Positions 44,640 through 53,359 are shown, counted from the first letter of the stretch. The stretch is 64,000 nt of DNA from Alphaproteobacteria bacterium (GCA_035493495.1 DATJIG010000074.1:8600-72599); one strand, 5' to 3'. Made by a program: numbers and translations. Notes: generated from the letters alone by a model not told the origin.

Positions 44640-45889
44640 TGGCCTATACGGAAACCGAAGTCGCAATCATCGGAGCCGGCCCATACGGACTCGCGCTGGC
44701 GTCCCATCTTCAACCCTTGGGCGTGGAGCACAGGGTCTTCGGAATCCCGATGGAGAACTGGCTCACGAAGATGCCGGAAGACATGCGTCTCAAGTCCTTC
44801 GGCTTCGCCACTAACCTCTGCGATCCCGATGGGCATTACACGCTGAAGCGGTTTTGCGAGTCCAATGGGCTTGCCTACGACGATTATCCGCTTCCGATCC
44901 CCTTGCGGACGTTCTGCGATTACGGACTGGCATTCCAGAGGCGCTGCGTGCCGGACGTGGATAGGCGTGCGGTGGCCGCCATCAGGCAAACGCAGTCGGG
45001 TTATCGGCTGACGCTGGCCGACGGCGAGGACATCCGCGCCCGAAAAGTGGTCTGCGCGGTGGGGATCAGCCCCTTCGCCTACCTGCCGCCGACGTTCGAA
45101 GGTCTCCCCCGCGAACTCGTGACGCACAGTTCGCACCATCGACGGCTCGACCGATTCCGCGGACAACAGGTGACGATCGTCGGGGCCGGGGCCTCGGCGA
45201 TCGATCTTGCGGTGCTGCTGCATCGCGCCGGCGCATCGGTTGGCGTCGTGACGCGGCGGTCCCGGATCGCATTCGGCAACCCTGTCCACCAGCCGCGAGA
45301 ACTGTGGGCCCGCATCCGTGCGCCCATGTCGGGCATCGGTGAGGGGTGGCGGTCGCGCCTGTGCACGGACGCGCCGCTGCTTTTTCACGTCATGCCGCAG
45401 TGGTTTCGATTGGCCGTCGTCCGGCAGCATCTCGGGCCTGCCGCCGGGTGGTTCACGCGGGACTACGCCGAACGCAATATCCCTGTCCTGGCCAACGTCT
45501 CGGTTACCGCGATCGGGACGCAAGGTGGGCGGGCCCGACTGGACCTCAGGCGCAACAGCGACAACGTCGAACACAAGGTCCTTACCGACCATGTGATCGC
45601 CGCGACCGGCTACCGGGTCGATCTTTCGCGAATGGCGTTTCTTGACGCGGTGAAAGGTCAGATCCGTCACGTATGCAACACGCCCGTCCTGTCATCAACG
45701 TTCGAAGCGTCCCTGCCTGGGCTCTATTTCATCGGCCCTGCCGCCGCGAATTGCTTCGGACCGATGCTGCGCTTCGTGTTCGGCTCCGGCTTTGCGGCGC
45801 GCCGTCTGTCCGCGCATCTCGCGTCGAGACCGTGGCGTCTGGCGGCGAGGCCATCGGCGATGGAGCGCCCGATGCGTCCGGCGGCATGA
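44636..45889 (+). CDS. FAD/NAD(P)-binding oxidoreductase with two dinucleotide-binding motifs (class B flavoprotein-monooxygenase-like)
   Basis: GTG at 44636 or ATG at 44639 overlaps the upstream stop. VAIIGAGPYGLA (FAD GxGxxG) and VTIVGAGASAIDLA (second Rossmann motif). 417 aa. Confidence 0.6.
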   Translation: MMAYTETEVAIIGAGPYGLALASHLQPLGVEHRVFGIPMENWLTKMPEDMRLKSFGFATNLCDPDGHYTLKRFCESNGLAYDDYPLPIPLRTFCDYGLAFQRRCVPDVDRRAVAAIRQTQSGYRLTLADGEDIRARKVVCAVGISPFAYLPPTFEGLPRELVTHSSHHRRLDRFRGQQVTIVGAGASAIDLAVLLHRAGASVGVVTRRSRIAFGNPVHQPRELWARIRAPMSGIGEGWRSRLCTDAPLLFHVMPQWFRLAVVRQHLGPAAGWFTRDYAERNIPVLANVSVTAIGTQGGRARLDLRRNSDNVEHKVLTDHVIAATGYRVDLSRMAFLDAVKGQIRHVCNTPVLSSTFEASLPGLYFIGPAAANCFGPMLRFVFGSGFAARRLSAHLASRPWRLAARPSAMERPMRPAA

Positions 45890-45978
45890 GGTTTCCGAAA
45901 GGCAAATGACGATGTTGATCCAGCCCATGGAGCCCAATGCAGCCTAGGTGAACAACGCGAATCGGAGGGAGCCCGCTC

Positions 45979-47103
45979 ATGCGCGGACCGAACGTCGTCT
46001 TGCTCGCGATGCGCGGGCCATTGGCCTATGAGGTGCTGCGAGCGCTGCACGCCATGGGGGCGCGGGTGAAGCTCATGTGCGATCGCCGCTCCTCGATACG
46101 CTTTTCGCAGTATTGTGAAACGCTATACGTCAGTCCGGATATCGCCACTGAGTCCGCTGACCGAATTCTACAGCTCGTGAACGCGCAGCATGGCCGAGAG
46201 CCCATCGATCTTGTCGTCGCCTCCGATGTCGCGGGAGTGATGCTGCTCAATGGAATACGGTCGGAATTGTCGCCGCCCGTTTTTCCGGCACCGGACAATG
46301 CGACGCTTGCGCTGCTCGACAACAAATGGCGATTCCAGAAACTTTGCCTCACACTCGGGATTCCTGCTCCCGACAGCATTTTCTTCGAGTCGAAAGAGAC
46401 GCTGGACCTGGCGCGCGTCGAACGCGAGCTCGGTTATCCCGTCGTGGTGAAGCCGGTGGACCTGAGCGGCAGTGACGGTGTGATCATCGCGGAAAACGCG
46501 GAGAGCCTCTTACGCCGATTGAGATCGGATCGGCATCATCGCAAGGCGGGAGCTGGTCTGATCGCGCAACGGTACGTGGCCGGCCAGGATTGGGGGTACA
46601 TCGCATTCGCGATCGATGGACACGTAGACGTCGCGCTGACATTCGCCTGTGGAGCGAATTGGAGAACGGAATACCGGGATAATCCCGAGCTGCACGACGC
46701 CGCACGACGGATCATCGAACATGTCCGCTACACGGGAATGGTGAATTTCGATTGCCGGCTCGAGGATGAGACTGGCATTTTCCAGTTTCTCGAATGCAAT
46801 CCGCGTTTTAGCCATCGGATCACGGCGACGCGCTTGTGCGGTCTCAATTTCTTGAAGGTTGCACTGGGAGCCGAGGCGCAATTGTGCGGTGACGTTTGTT
46901 ACAGGCCATTGCGCGACGTCTTCACGCGACAGGGGGCGGGCGATCTGGTGCGCGGGCGATGGCCGCTGTCCATTCTCGTTACGGAGCTATCAGAGACGGT
47001 GTCCGATCCGATCGCAGCCCTGATCCAAAAGGGACCGTGGAGATCCACGGCGCAACGCGCAATGTCGCCACTGCTTCACCGCCTGCGGTCGGCCCGGCCG
47101 TGA
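45979..47103 (+). CDS. ATP-grasp domain protein (carboxylate-amine/thiol ligase type)
   Basis: 374 aa. LLDNKWRFQKLCLTLGIPAP, ELGYPVVVKPVDLSGSDGV, AQRYVAGQDWG and FLECNPRFSH match the ATP-grasp layout. Confidence 0.7.
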   Translation: MRGPNVVLLAMRGPLAYEVLRALHAMGARVKLMCDRRSSIRFSQYCETLYVSPDIATESADRILQLVNAQHGREPIDLVVASDVAGVMLLNGIRSELSPPVFPAPDNATLALLDNKWRFQKLCLTLGIPAPDSIFFESKETLDLARVERELGYPVVVKPVDLSGSDGVIIAENAESLLRRLRSDRHHRKAGAGLIAQRYVAGQDWGYIAFAIDGHVDVALTFACGANWRTEYRDNPELHDAARRIIEHVRYTGMVNFDCRLEDETGIFQFLECNPRFSHRITATRLCGLNFLKVALGAEAQLCGDVCYRPLRDVFTRQGAGDLVRGRWPLSILVTELSETVSDPIAALIQKGPWRSTAQRAMSPLLHRLRSARP

Positions 47104-47335
47104 GGGGGGCGAGGTCCAACTCGAAAGACCACCTTCCGTGAGAGGGGCCCTGCCAGTTCATCACGCTCGGGGCCATTGGGTGCCCCTTGCCTCGGGGCGA
47201 TGCGCATCCCTGGGAAGAGGGTCTTCTGGTTTAGAGGGCGGGCGCGCTCAATCCCGAATTGACTCCGGCTTGGGAAGGTTATTACCGTGAAACCCTTGAA
47301 ATCAAATCCCAATTGTCCTGAGCGACGGGCGGCAC

Positions 47336-48829
47336 GTGAAAGATCTGCATCACTTCATCGACGGCAAGTTCGTGAACGGCTTCAGCGACCAATTCGCCGA
47401 TGTCTTCAATCCGGCGATCGGGCAGGCTGTGGCGCGCGTCCCGTTGGCGGGAGCGGGGGAGGTTGACACGGCGGTTGCCGCGGCGCGCCGGGCCTTGCCC
47501 GGATGGATGGCAACCACGCCACTTCGGCGAGCGCGCGTCATGTTTCGCTTCAAGGACCTCGTTGAGCAGCACCTTGACGAGTTGGCGAAGCTGATCACCA
47601 CGGAACACGGCAAAGTCCTGTCGGATGCGAAGGGCTCGTTGCAAAGAGGTCTCGAGGTCGTCGAGTTCGCCTGCGGCATCCCGCATCTTCTGAAGGGCGA
47701 ATACAGCGAGAACGTCGGCACGGATATCGATTCGTATTCGCTGCGTCAGCCTGTCGGCGTTTGCGCCGGGATCACGCCGTTCAACTTCCCGGCGATGGTC
47801 CCGCTTTGGATGTTTCCCGTCGCGGTGACGTGCGGCAATACGTTCATCCTGAAGCCTTCCGAAAAAGTCCCCAGCTGCTCGTTACGTCTGGCCGAACTGT
47901 TTCTCGAAGCTGGTGCGCCCCCGGGCGTTCTCAACGTCGTCAACGGTGGAAAAACCGCGGTCGATGCGCTCCTGGCGCACCCTGAGATCGGAGCGATCAG
48001 CTTCGTCGGCTCGACGCCGGTGGCTGAGCACATCTATCGCACGGGAACCGCAGCGGGGAAGCGCGTCCAGGCATTGGGTGGTGCCAAGAACCACATGGTG
48101 GTGATGCCGGACGCCGATCTCGAGCAGGCGGCTGACGCTCTTATGGGGGCGGCATACGGCTCCGCGGGGGAGCGCTGCATGGCAATCTCCATCGCCGTCG
48201 CTGTCGGAAAGATCGCAGACCCGCTCATCGAGAAGCTCACACCGCGAATCAGAGCGCTGAAGATAGGCCCCGGTACGGACCCGGAGGTCGAGATGGGCCC
48301 TCTGGTGTCCGCGCAGCACCGCGACAAGGTCCGCGGATATGTCGATCTCGGCGTCAAGGAAGGCGCGGACCTGGTCGTGGACGGCCGCAGCCTCAACCTG
48401 CAGGGCTATGAGCGAGGGTATTTCCTCGGCGGTTCGCTGTTCGACAACGTGCGTCCCGAGATGCGCATCTACAAGGAGGAGATATTCGGGCCTGTGCTGT
48501 GCGTGGTTCGCGTGAACGATTTCGAGGATGCGCTGGAACTGGTCAACAACCACGAATTCGGCAACGGCACGGCGGTCTTTACGCGTGAGGGCGATGTCGC
48601 CCGTTCTTTCGTGAGCCGGGTATCTGCGGGCATGATCGGCATCAACGTGCCGATCCCCGTGCCGATGGCGTTCTACAGCTTCGGGGGATGGAAGCGCTCG
48701 TTGTTCGGCGACCATCACATCCACGGTATGGAGGGGGTGCGCTTCTACACGCGCCTGAAAACGGTGACCTCGCGTTGGCCCGCCGGGATTCGGGGTGGGG
48801 CCGAATTCGTCATGCCGACGCTGAAGTAG
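47336..48829 (+). CDS. mmsA: CoA-acylating methylmalonate-semialdehyde dehydrogenase
   Basis: 497 aa starting at GTG. ALDH fold with FNFPAM, ILKPSEK and catalytic GERCMA. The C-terminus [12 protein letters not shown]...[12 protein letters not shown] is characteristic of MmsA. Confidence 0.9.
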   Translation: MKDLHHFIDGKFVNGFSDQFADVFNPAIGQAVARVPLAGAGEVDTAVAAARRALPGWMATTPLRRARVMFRFKDLVEQHLDELAKLITTEHGKVLSDAKGSLQRGLEVVEFACGIPHLLKGEYSENVGTDIDSYSLRQPVGVCAGITPFNFPAMVPLWMFPVAVTCGNTFILKPSEKVPSCSLRLAELFLEAGAPPGVLNVVNGGKTAVDALLAHPEIGAISFVGSTPVAEHIYRTGTAAGKRVQALGGAKNHMVVMPDADLEQAADALMGAAYGSAGERCMAISIAVAVGKIADPLIEKLTPRIRALKIGPGTDPEVEMGPLVSAQHRDKVRGYVDLGVKEGADLVVDGRSLNLQGYERGYFLGGSLFDNVRPEMRIYKEEIFGPVLCVVRVNDFEDALELVNNHEFGNGTAVFTREGDVARSFVSRVSAGMIGINVPIPVPMAFYSFGGWKRSLFGDHHIHGMEGVRFYTRLKTVTSRWPAGIRGGAEFVMPTLK

Positions 48830-48835
48830 TGAGCT

Positions 48836-48992
48836 TGTTGCCCGCGCAGGCGGGCATCCACGTGTTTCTTTCGTCACTCCCGCGCCCCTCTTTTTAAGAA
48901 CGGGCGGGGTGCAACCCGCCCGTAAGAGCGGGAGTCCAGGGCGGCCGCACGGAATCTGACGGCTCTGGATGCCCGCCTGCGCGGGCATGACG
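48836..48992. repeat. REP/MITE-like nested inverted-repeat element
   Basis: The 20-nt core GCCCGCGCAGGCGGGCATCC (48840-48859) recurs inverted at 48968-48987. Nested arms ACTCCCG/CGGGAGT lie inside. A central 9-bp hairpin ACGGGCGGG-GTGCAA-CCCGCCCGT sits at 48900-48923. The element translates to the spurious PAQAGI peptide seen in both ORF-track frames. Confidence 0.6.
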
Positions 48993-49533
48993 AATGAGAG
49001 ATTGAATCGTCGTCGCAATTCCCATCTTTCCACAGCCCCCTTGCGCGGGGTTTTGTGCGCGCGCATGTTGACCGCGTCGCGACAAGCGGCCGGGAGCTAT
49101 TAGGCCTAGCGCCCCGTCGAGTGAAGCGATGAAACCGCGAGAGGCCCCCGACAATGGGACACCGGCGCGGTGGATTGAGTAAGGCAACGACGCTTCCCCT
49201 TCGGGTCGCGACGCACCTTCCTTTTCGGTACCGACATAACCCAGCGTCGCGATCCGCGACCGAGGCAGCATCGGTAAGCTCGGCTACGCTTTCAACGCAG
49301 CGTGGCACCTTACTGACCCTCACCGGGGACGACAAAGGCGGCTCCTGCCGGAGCCGCCGACGACGGAGTGCGTCCGCTTGGCAGAGTTGGCGCACTCGGC
49401 CCCTCACCAGCTCCTCGCTCCCTTAAGAAAGGAGCGGGGGGGCGCGGTGCGGTCCGGCCGGCCGCCGGTGCTGGCTCCGATTTGGAGAAGCCGCTACAGT
49501 GCCGCGCCACACGCAAGAAAGTTCGTAACGCCC

Positions 49534-50469
49534 ATGCCGCTGACTCCCGAACAAGACGCCGAAATCAAGGCCGCGCAGGCGCAGAGCGCCACCACCAAAC
49601 GCCCGACTGTCGCCGCGCTGGAGGACATCCTCTATCAGCCGCTCAACGTGCTCGATCACGGTTTTGTCCGCGTCATCGACTACATGGGCGACGACGCGGC
49701 GATCGTGCAGGCGGCGCGCGTGTCCTACGGCAAGGGCACCAAGCGGGTGTCGGAGGACGCCGGGCTCATCAACTACCTGATGCGCCACCGGCATACGACG
49801 CCGTTCGAGATGTGCGAGATCAAGTACCACGTGAAGCTGCCGATTTTTGTCGCGCGCCAGTGGATTCGTCATCGCACCGCCAACGTCAACGAGTACTCGG
49901 CGCGCTACTCGATCCTCGACCGCGAGTTCTACATCCCGTCGCCCGAGCATCTCGGCGTCCAGTCGAAGTCGAACCGCCAGGGCCGCGGCGACGCGTTGAC
50001 CGGTAAGGAAGCCGAGCGCGTTCTGGCGCTCCTGAAGGAAGACTCCGAGCGCACCTACGAGCACTACCAGGAGATGCTCAACGAGAGCGAGGCCGGAACG
50101 GCGGTCGATCCCGAGCGACAGGGGCTCGCGCGCGAGCTCGCGCGCATGAACCTCACGCTCAACTTCTACACGCAGTGGTACTGGAAGGTCGACCTGCACA
50201 ACCTCCTGCACTTCCTCAGCCTGCGCGCCGATCCGCACGCGCAGTACGAGATCCGCGTCTACGCCGACGCGATGCTGGAGACGGTGAAGCGCTGGGTGCC
50301 GGCGGCCTGCAACGCGTTCGAGCAGTACCGCATGGGCGCGGTCACCATCTCGAAGGCGGGGCTCGCGGTGGTCAAGCGCATGCTCGACGGCGAGAAGGTC
50401 GATCAGGCCTCGAGCGGCATGAGCGCCCGCGAGTGGCGCGAGCTGATGGACGCGCTGGGCCGCGCCTAG
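49534..50469 (+). CDS. thyX: Flavin-dependent thymidylate synthase
   Basis: ATG at 49534 in ORF 49378..50469. ThyX motif [14 protein letters not shown] (RHR-x7-S), with [16 protein letters not shown] and [22 protein letters not shown]. Confidence 0.9.
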   Translation: MPLTPEQDAEIKAAQAQSATTKRPTVAALEDILYQPLNVLDHGFVRVIDYMGDDAAIVQAARVSYGKGTKRVSEDAGLINYLMRHRHTTPFEMCEIKYHVKLPIFVARQWIRHRTANVNEYSARYSILDREFYIPSPEHLGVQSKSNRQGRGDALTGKEAERVLALLKEDSERTYEHYQEMLNESEAGTAVDPERQGLARELARMNLTLNFYTQWYWKVDLHNLLHFLSLRADPHAQYEIRVYADAMLETVKRWVPAACNAFEQYRMGAVTISKAGLAVVKRMLDGEKVDQASSGMSAREWRELMDALGRA

Positions 50470-50507
50470 CCGCCCGGCTCACGGACCCCTCGATTGACGG
50501 CGGCGCG

Positions 50508-50660
50508 TCAGCCGTGATGCTTGAAGTACTGGACGGCCCGCTCGTGCTTTTCCGCGGCCTTGCGGCTCGAGAACGTCCCGAGATTGCGACGCTTGCCGGT
50601 CCTGGGATCTTTTTTCCGCGAGTAGATGCGGTACTCGCCCGAGCTGAGCTTGCGGATCAT
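50508..50660 (-). CDS. Small conserved basic protein (50 aa), function unknown
   Basis: MIRKLSSGEYRIYSRKKDPRTGKRRNLGTFSSRKAAEKHERAVQYFKHHG. ATG preceded by GGAGGG. I recall near-identical small ORFs in other alphaproteobacteria. It is the C-terminal part of a longer spurious track ORF. Confidence 0.55.
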   Translation of the reverse strand: MIRKLSSGEYRIYSRKKDPRTGKRRNLGTFSSRKAAEKHERAVQYFKHHG

Positions 50661-50761
50661 GTTTCCAGCCCTCCGCTGCACGACAATCTTTGGAAACAAG
50701 CACTGACTTTGGAAACAGGCGCTGATCGGGAAAGGTTCCGGACAACGAAGCGGGTGCGCAG

Positions 50762-51619
50762 CTAGAACTTGTTGATCGGAATCTTGAAGTAGCGCGTGCC
50801 GTTTTCGGCCGGCGGAAGGCGCCCCGCGCGGACATTCACCTGGAGCGACGGCAGCATCAGTGTGGGCAGCGTCAGCGTCTTGTCGCGCTCGACGCGCATG
50901 TTCACGAACTCCGCTTCGCCGATGCCCGCGTGGATGTGGATGTTGTGGGCGCGCTGTTCGGCCATCGTGGTTTCCCAGGCGAAGTTCGCGCGGCCCGGCG
51001 CCTTGTAGTCGTGGCCAACGAAGACGCGGGTGTCGTCCGGCAGCTGGAAGAGGCGATGGATCGAGCGGTAGAGCAGCGTCGCGTCGCCGCCGGGGAAATC
51101 GGCGCGTGCGGTTCCGTAGTCGGGCATCAGGAGCGTGTCGCCGACGAACACCGCGCCGTCGATCAAGTAGCTGGTGAAACCCGGCGTGTGGCCCGGCGTA
51201 GCGATGGCCTCGATCGCGAGATTGCCGAGCGGCAGACGCTCGCCGTCCGCCAGCAGGCGGTCGAACTGCGAGCCGTCGGGCGTGACGTCGTCGAGGTCGA
51301 AGATGTCCTTGAAGGTGCGCTGAACCTGCTCGATGCCGGCGCCGATCGCGGTCTTGCCGCCGACCTTTTCCTGGAGCGCGTGGATACCGGCCATGTGGTC
51401 GGCATGGATGTGGGTTTCGAGCAGCCAGTCGACCTGAAGGCGCTCGTCGGTCACGGCCTCGGCGATGGTGTCGACGAACGCGGTCGACGTCTTGGCGGCC
51501 GCGCCGTCGTAGTCGAGCACGCTGTCGATGATCGCGGCGCGCCGGGTGTCGCCGTCCCACACCAGATAGGCCACCGAATGGGTCGGTTCGTGGAAGAACG
51601 CCCTGATCTCAACGGGCAT
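50762..51619 (-). CDS. Metallo-beta-lactamase-fold hydrolase, persulfide-dioxygenase (ETHE1/Blh type II)-like
   Basis: 285 aa. HxHxDH motif ETHIHADHMAG, then ATPGHTPG and VGHDY. Divergent from a BigR/SqrR-like regulator. Confidence 0.75.
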   Translation of the reverse strand: MPVEIRAFFHEPTHSVAYLVWDGDTRRAAIIDSVLDYDGAAAKTSTAFVDTIAEAVTDERLQVDWLLETHIHADHMAGIHALQEKVGGKTAIGAGIEQVQRTFKDIFDLDDVTPDGSQFDRLLADGERLPLGNLAIEAIATPGHTPGFTSYLIDGAVFVGDTLLMPDYGTARADFPGGDATLLYRSIHRLFQLPDDTRVFVGHDYKAPGRANFAWETTMAEQRAHNIHIHAGIGEAEFVNMRVERDKTLTLPTLMLPSLQVNVRAGRLPPAENGTRYFKIPINKF

Positions 51620-51663
51620 GCGTCACCTTTGGGTTCCGGCCGGATTTCTCGTTGCGGCCAGGG

Positions 51664-51704
51664 TTGACAATTATTTAGTCGTACCTAATTTAGTGTCAAC
51701 TAAA
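51664..51704 (+). promoter_or_regulatory. Sigma70-like promoter (TTGACA-N16-TAATTT) overlapped by palindromic operator TTTAGT-GTCA-ACTAAA
   Basis: TTGACA at 51664-51669 and TAATTT at 51686-51691. Perfect 6-bp-arm dyad at 51689-51704, plus an extra ATTTAGT copy at 51673-51679. Lies in the 101-nt divergent region between the MBL gene and the ArsR-family gene. Confidence 0.55.
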
Positions 51705-51720
51705 GCATTTGGAGCCATCG

Positions 51721-52029
51721 ATGACCCGTGGCGCAAAAAAGCCCGAAAAGCTGGCCGAAAGGGCGGAAGAGGCGGCGCGGCTGCTGGAAGCGCTGGCAAA
51801 TCCGCGGCGTCTCGCCACGCTGTGCCGCCTCGTCGAGCGTGAGCATACCGTAGGCGAGCTCGCCGCCGCCGAATCATTGAGTCTTTCGGCGCTTTCTCAG
51901 CACCTCGCGCGGCTGCGCGAAGAAGGCCTCGTCAAGACGCGCCGGGATGGCCAGACCATCCACTATCGGATCGCCGACCCGCGCGTCCACAAGATCATTG
52001 CCGTGCTTCACCGTGAATTCTGCGCCTGA
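51721..52029 (+). CDS. ArsR/SmtB-family winged-helix repressor, BigR/SqrR-like (two-Cys persulfide sensor type)
   Basis: ATG at 51721 preceded by GGAG. LLEALANPRRLATLCRLVEREHTVGELA...LSQHLARLREEGLV. One Cys in helix 2 (TLCRL) and one near the C-terminus (REFCA), the spacing known for BigR/SqrR. Confidence 0.75.
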   Translation: MTRGAKKPEKLAERAEEAARLLEALANPRRLATLCRLVEREHTVGELAAAESLSLSALSQHLARLREEGLVKTRRDGQTIHYRIADPRVHKIIAVLHREFCA

Positions 52030-52038
52030 GGAGCTTAC

Positions 52039-52575
52039 ATGACCGAGAATCCGCGTTCCGCTTCCCCCGAAACCGTCGCTCGCTGGCTCGCCGCGGGCGA
52101 CGCGATGTTGATCGACATTCGCGAGCCGTCGGAACGGGCGCGCGAGCGCATTCCGGGCTCCGTGGCGATGCCGCTGTCGTCATTCGAGGCCCAGAGCGAG
52201 CGGCTGCGTGACCGTGTCGTCGTATTTCATTGCAAGAGCGGCGGTCGCACGCGGTCGAATGCCGCCCGGCTTTCCGCGGCAGGATGCCGCGAAGCGTATG
52301 TGCTCGAGGGCGGCCTCGACGCGTGGAAGCGCGGCGGCTTCCCGGTGGACGTCGACCGCTCGGCGCCGATCGACCTCCAGCGGCAGGTGATGATCGCGGC
52401 CGGCGCCCTCGTCGTGCTGAGCGTCACCGGCGCCCTGACGCTGTCACCCTGGCTGATCGGCATCGCCGCCTTTGTTGGTGCCGGATTGATGTTTGCCGGG
52501 GTCACCGGATTCTGCGGCCTTGCGCGGGTGCTGGCGCTGATGCCGTGGAACCGCCGGGCGAACGCCTCGGCCTGA
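52039..52575 (+). CDS. Rhodanese-domain sulfurtransferase with C-terminal two-TM DUF2892-like membrane anchor (YgaP-like)
   Basis: Active-site loop FHCKSGGRTRS (CX5R). The C-terminus has two hydrophobic helices: VMIAAGALVVLSVTGALTL...GIAAFVGAGLMFAGVTGFCGL. Confidence 0.75.
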   Translation: MTENPRSASPETVARWLAAGDAMLIDIREPSERARERIPGSVAMPLSSFEAQSERLRDRVVVFHCKSGGRTRSNAARLSAAGCREAYVLEGGLDAWKRGGFPVDVDRSAPIDLQRQVMIAAGALVVLSVTGALTLSPWLIGIAAFVGAGLMFAGVTGFCGLARVLALMPWNRRANASA

Positions 52576-52582
52576 GGCGGCG

Positions 52583-53359
52583 ATGACCGAGCTCACCGCG
52601 GCGTTGTCTGGAGCACTCGTCGGCTTCGTGCTGTCGGTGATCGGCGGTGGAGGATCGATCCTCGCAGTGCCGCTGCTCCACTATGTCGTCGGCATTGCCG
52701 ATCCGCACCGCGCGCTCGGCACGGCGGCACTCGCGGTTGCCGCCAACGCGGCGGTCAATCTGCTGCACCACGCGCGGGCGGGAACGGTCAAGTGGCCGTG
52801 CGCGACGGTGTTCGCCGCGGCTGGCGTCGCCGGCGCACTGGTCGGCGCCCGTGTCGGCCAGGGCGTCGACGGACGGTTGCTTCTGCTGGCCTTTGCCGTC
52901 GCCATGCTCGGCGTCGGTTTCGCGCTCCTGCGCGGTCGTTCCGCCGAAGGCGATCCCGGCGTGCGGATTACGCCGGTGATCGCCGCGCGCCTCGTCGTCC
53001 TCGGGTTTGCCGCGGGCGCGCTGTCGGGCTTCCTCGGTATCGGCGGCGGCTTCCTGATCGTGCCCGGACTGATCGCCGGGTCGGGAATGGCGACCCTCAA
53101 TGCAATCGGGTCGTCGCTGCTGGGAATCGCCGCTTTCGGCTTCGCGACGGCGTCGAGCTATGCCGTCGCCGGGCTCGTCGACATCCGCATTGCGCTCCTG
53201 TTTCTGGTCGGAGGTGCGATGGGCGGCTGGTTCGGCGTCGCCGCCGCCCTGCGCCTTGCCCGTTACAAGGGGGCGCTCGACAGAGGCTTCGCGGTGCTGC
53301 TGCTTGCGCTTGCGCTCGCGGTCATGGCCCAAAGCCTTCGCAGTCTCGGGTGGCTGTAG
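52583..53359 (+). CDS. TauE/SafE (TSUP) family sulfite/organosulfur anion exporter
   Basis: 258 aa, about 8 TM segments. Internal duplication with GGGSILAVPLL and GIGGGFLIVPGL motifs. Confidence 0.8.
   Translation: MTELTAALSGALVGFVLSVIGGGGSILAVPLLHYVVGIADPHRALGTAALAVAANAAVNLLHHARAGTVKWPCATVFAAAGVAGALVGARVGQGVDGRLLLLAFAVAMLGVGFALLRGRSAEGDPGVRITPVIAARLVVLGFAAGALSGFLGIGGGFLIVPGLIAGSGMATLNAIGSSLLGIAAFGFATASSYAVAGLVDIRIALLFLVGGAMGGWFGVAAALRLARYKGALDRGFAVLLLALALAVMAQSLRSLGWL

Noticed and set aside
49184-49245. Possible tmRNA tag reading frame (GCAACGACGCT..., ending in TAA)
   Set aside because: The deduced peptide (NDASPSGRDAPSFSVPT) lacks the hydrophobic Ala-Ala end. No tRNA-like T-arm (GGTTCGA) or acceptor/CCA element occurs anywhere in 48.8-49.6 kb.
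49195-49362. Fragments resembling ZTP (pfl) riboswitch words (GGGTCGCGAC, ACCGGGGA, CCGCC) upstream of a folate-related gene
   Set aside because: The spacing between elements is about 125 nt instead of about 25 nt. The conserved TGGCG and CCGCCTGGGC words are absent, so the resemblance is probably chance in GC-rich DNA.
48874-49426. ORFs of 177, 125 and 90 aa in the mmsA-thyX gap
   Set aside because: They overlap one another on both strands and are Arg/Ser/Pro/Ala-rich. They are partly built from the REP-like repeat (the PAQAGI peptide), with no start context and no motif.
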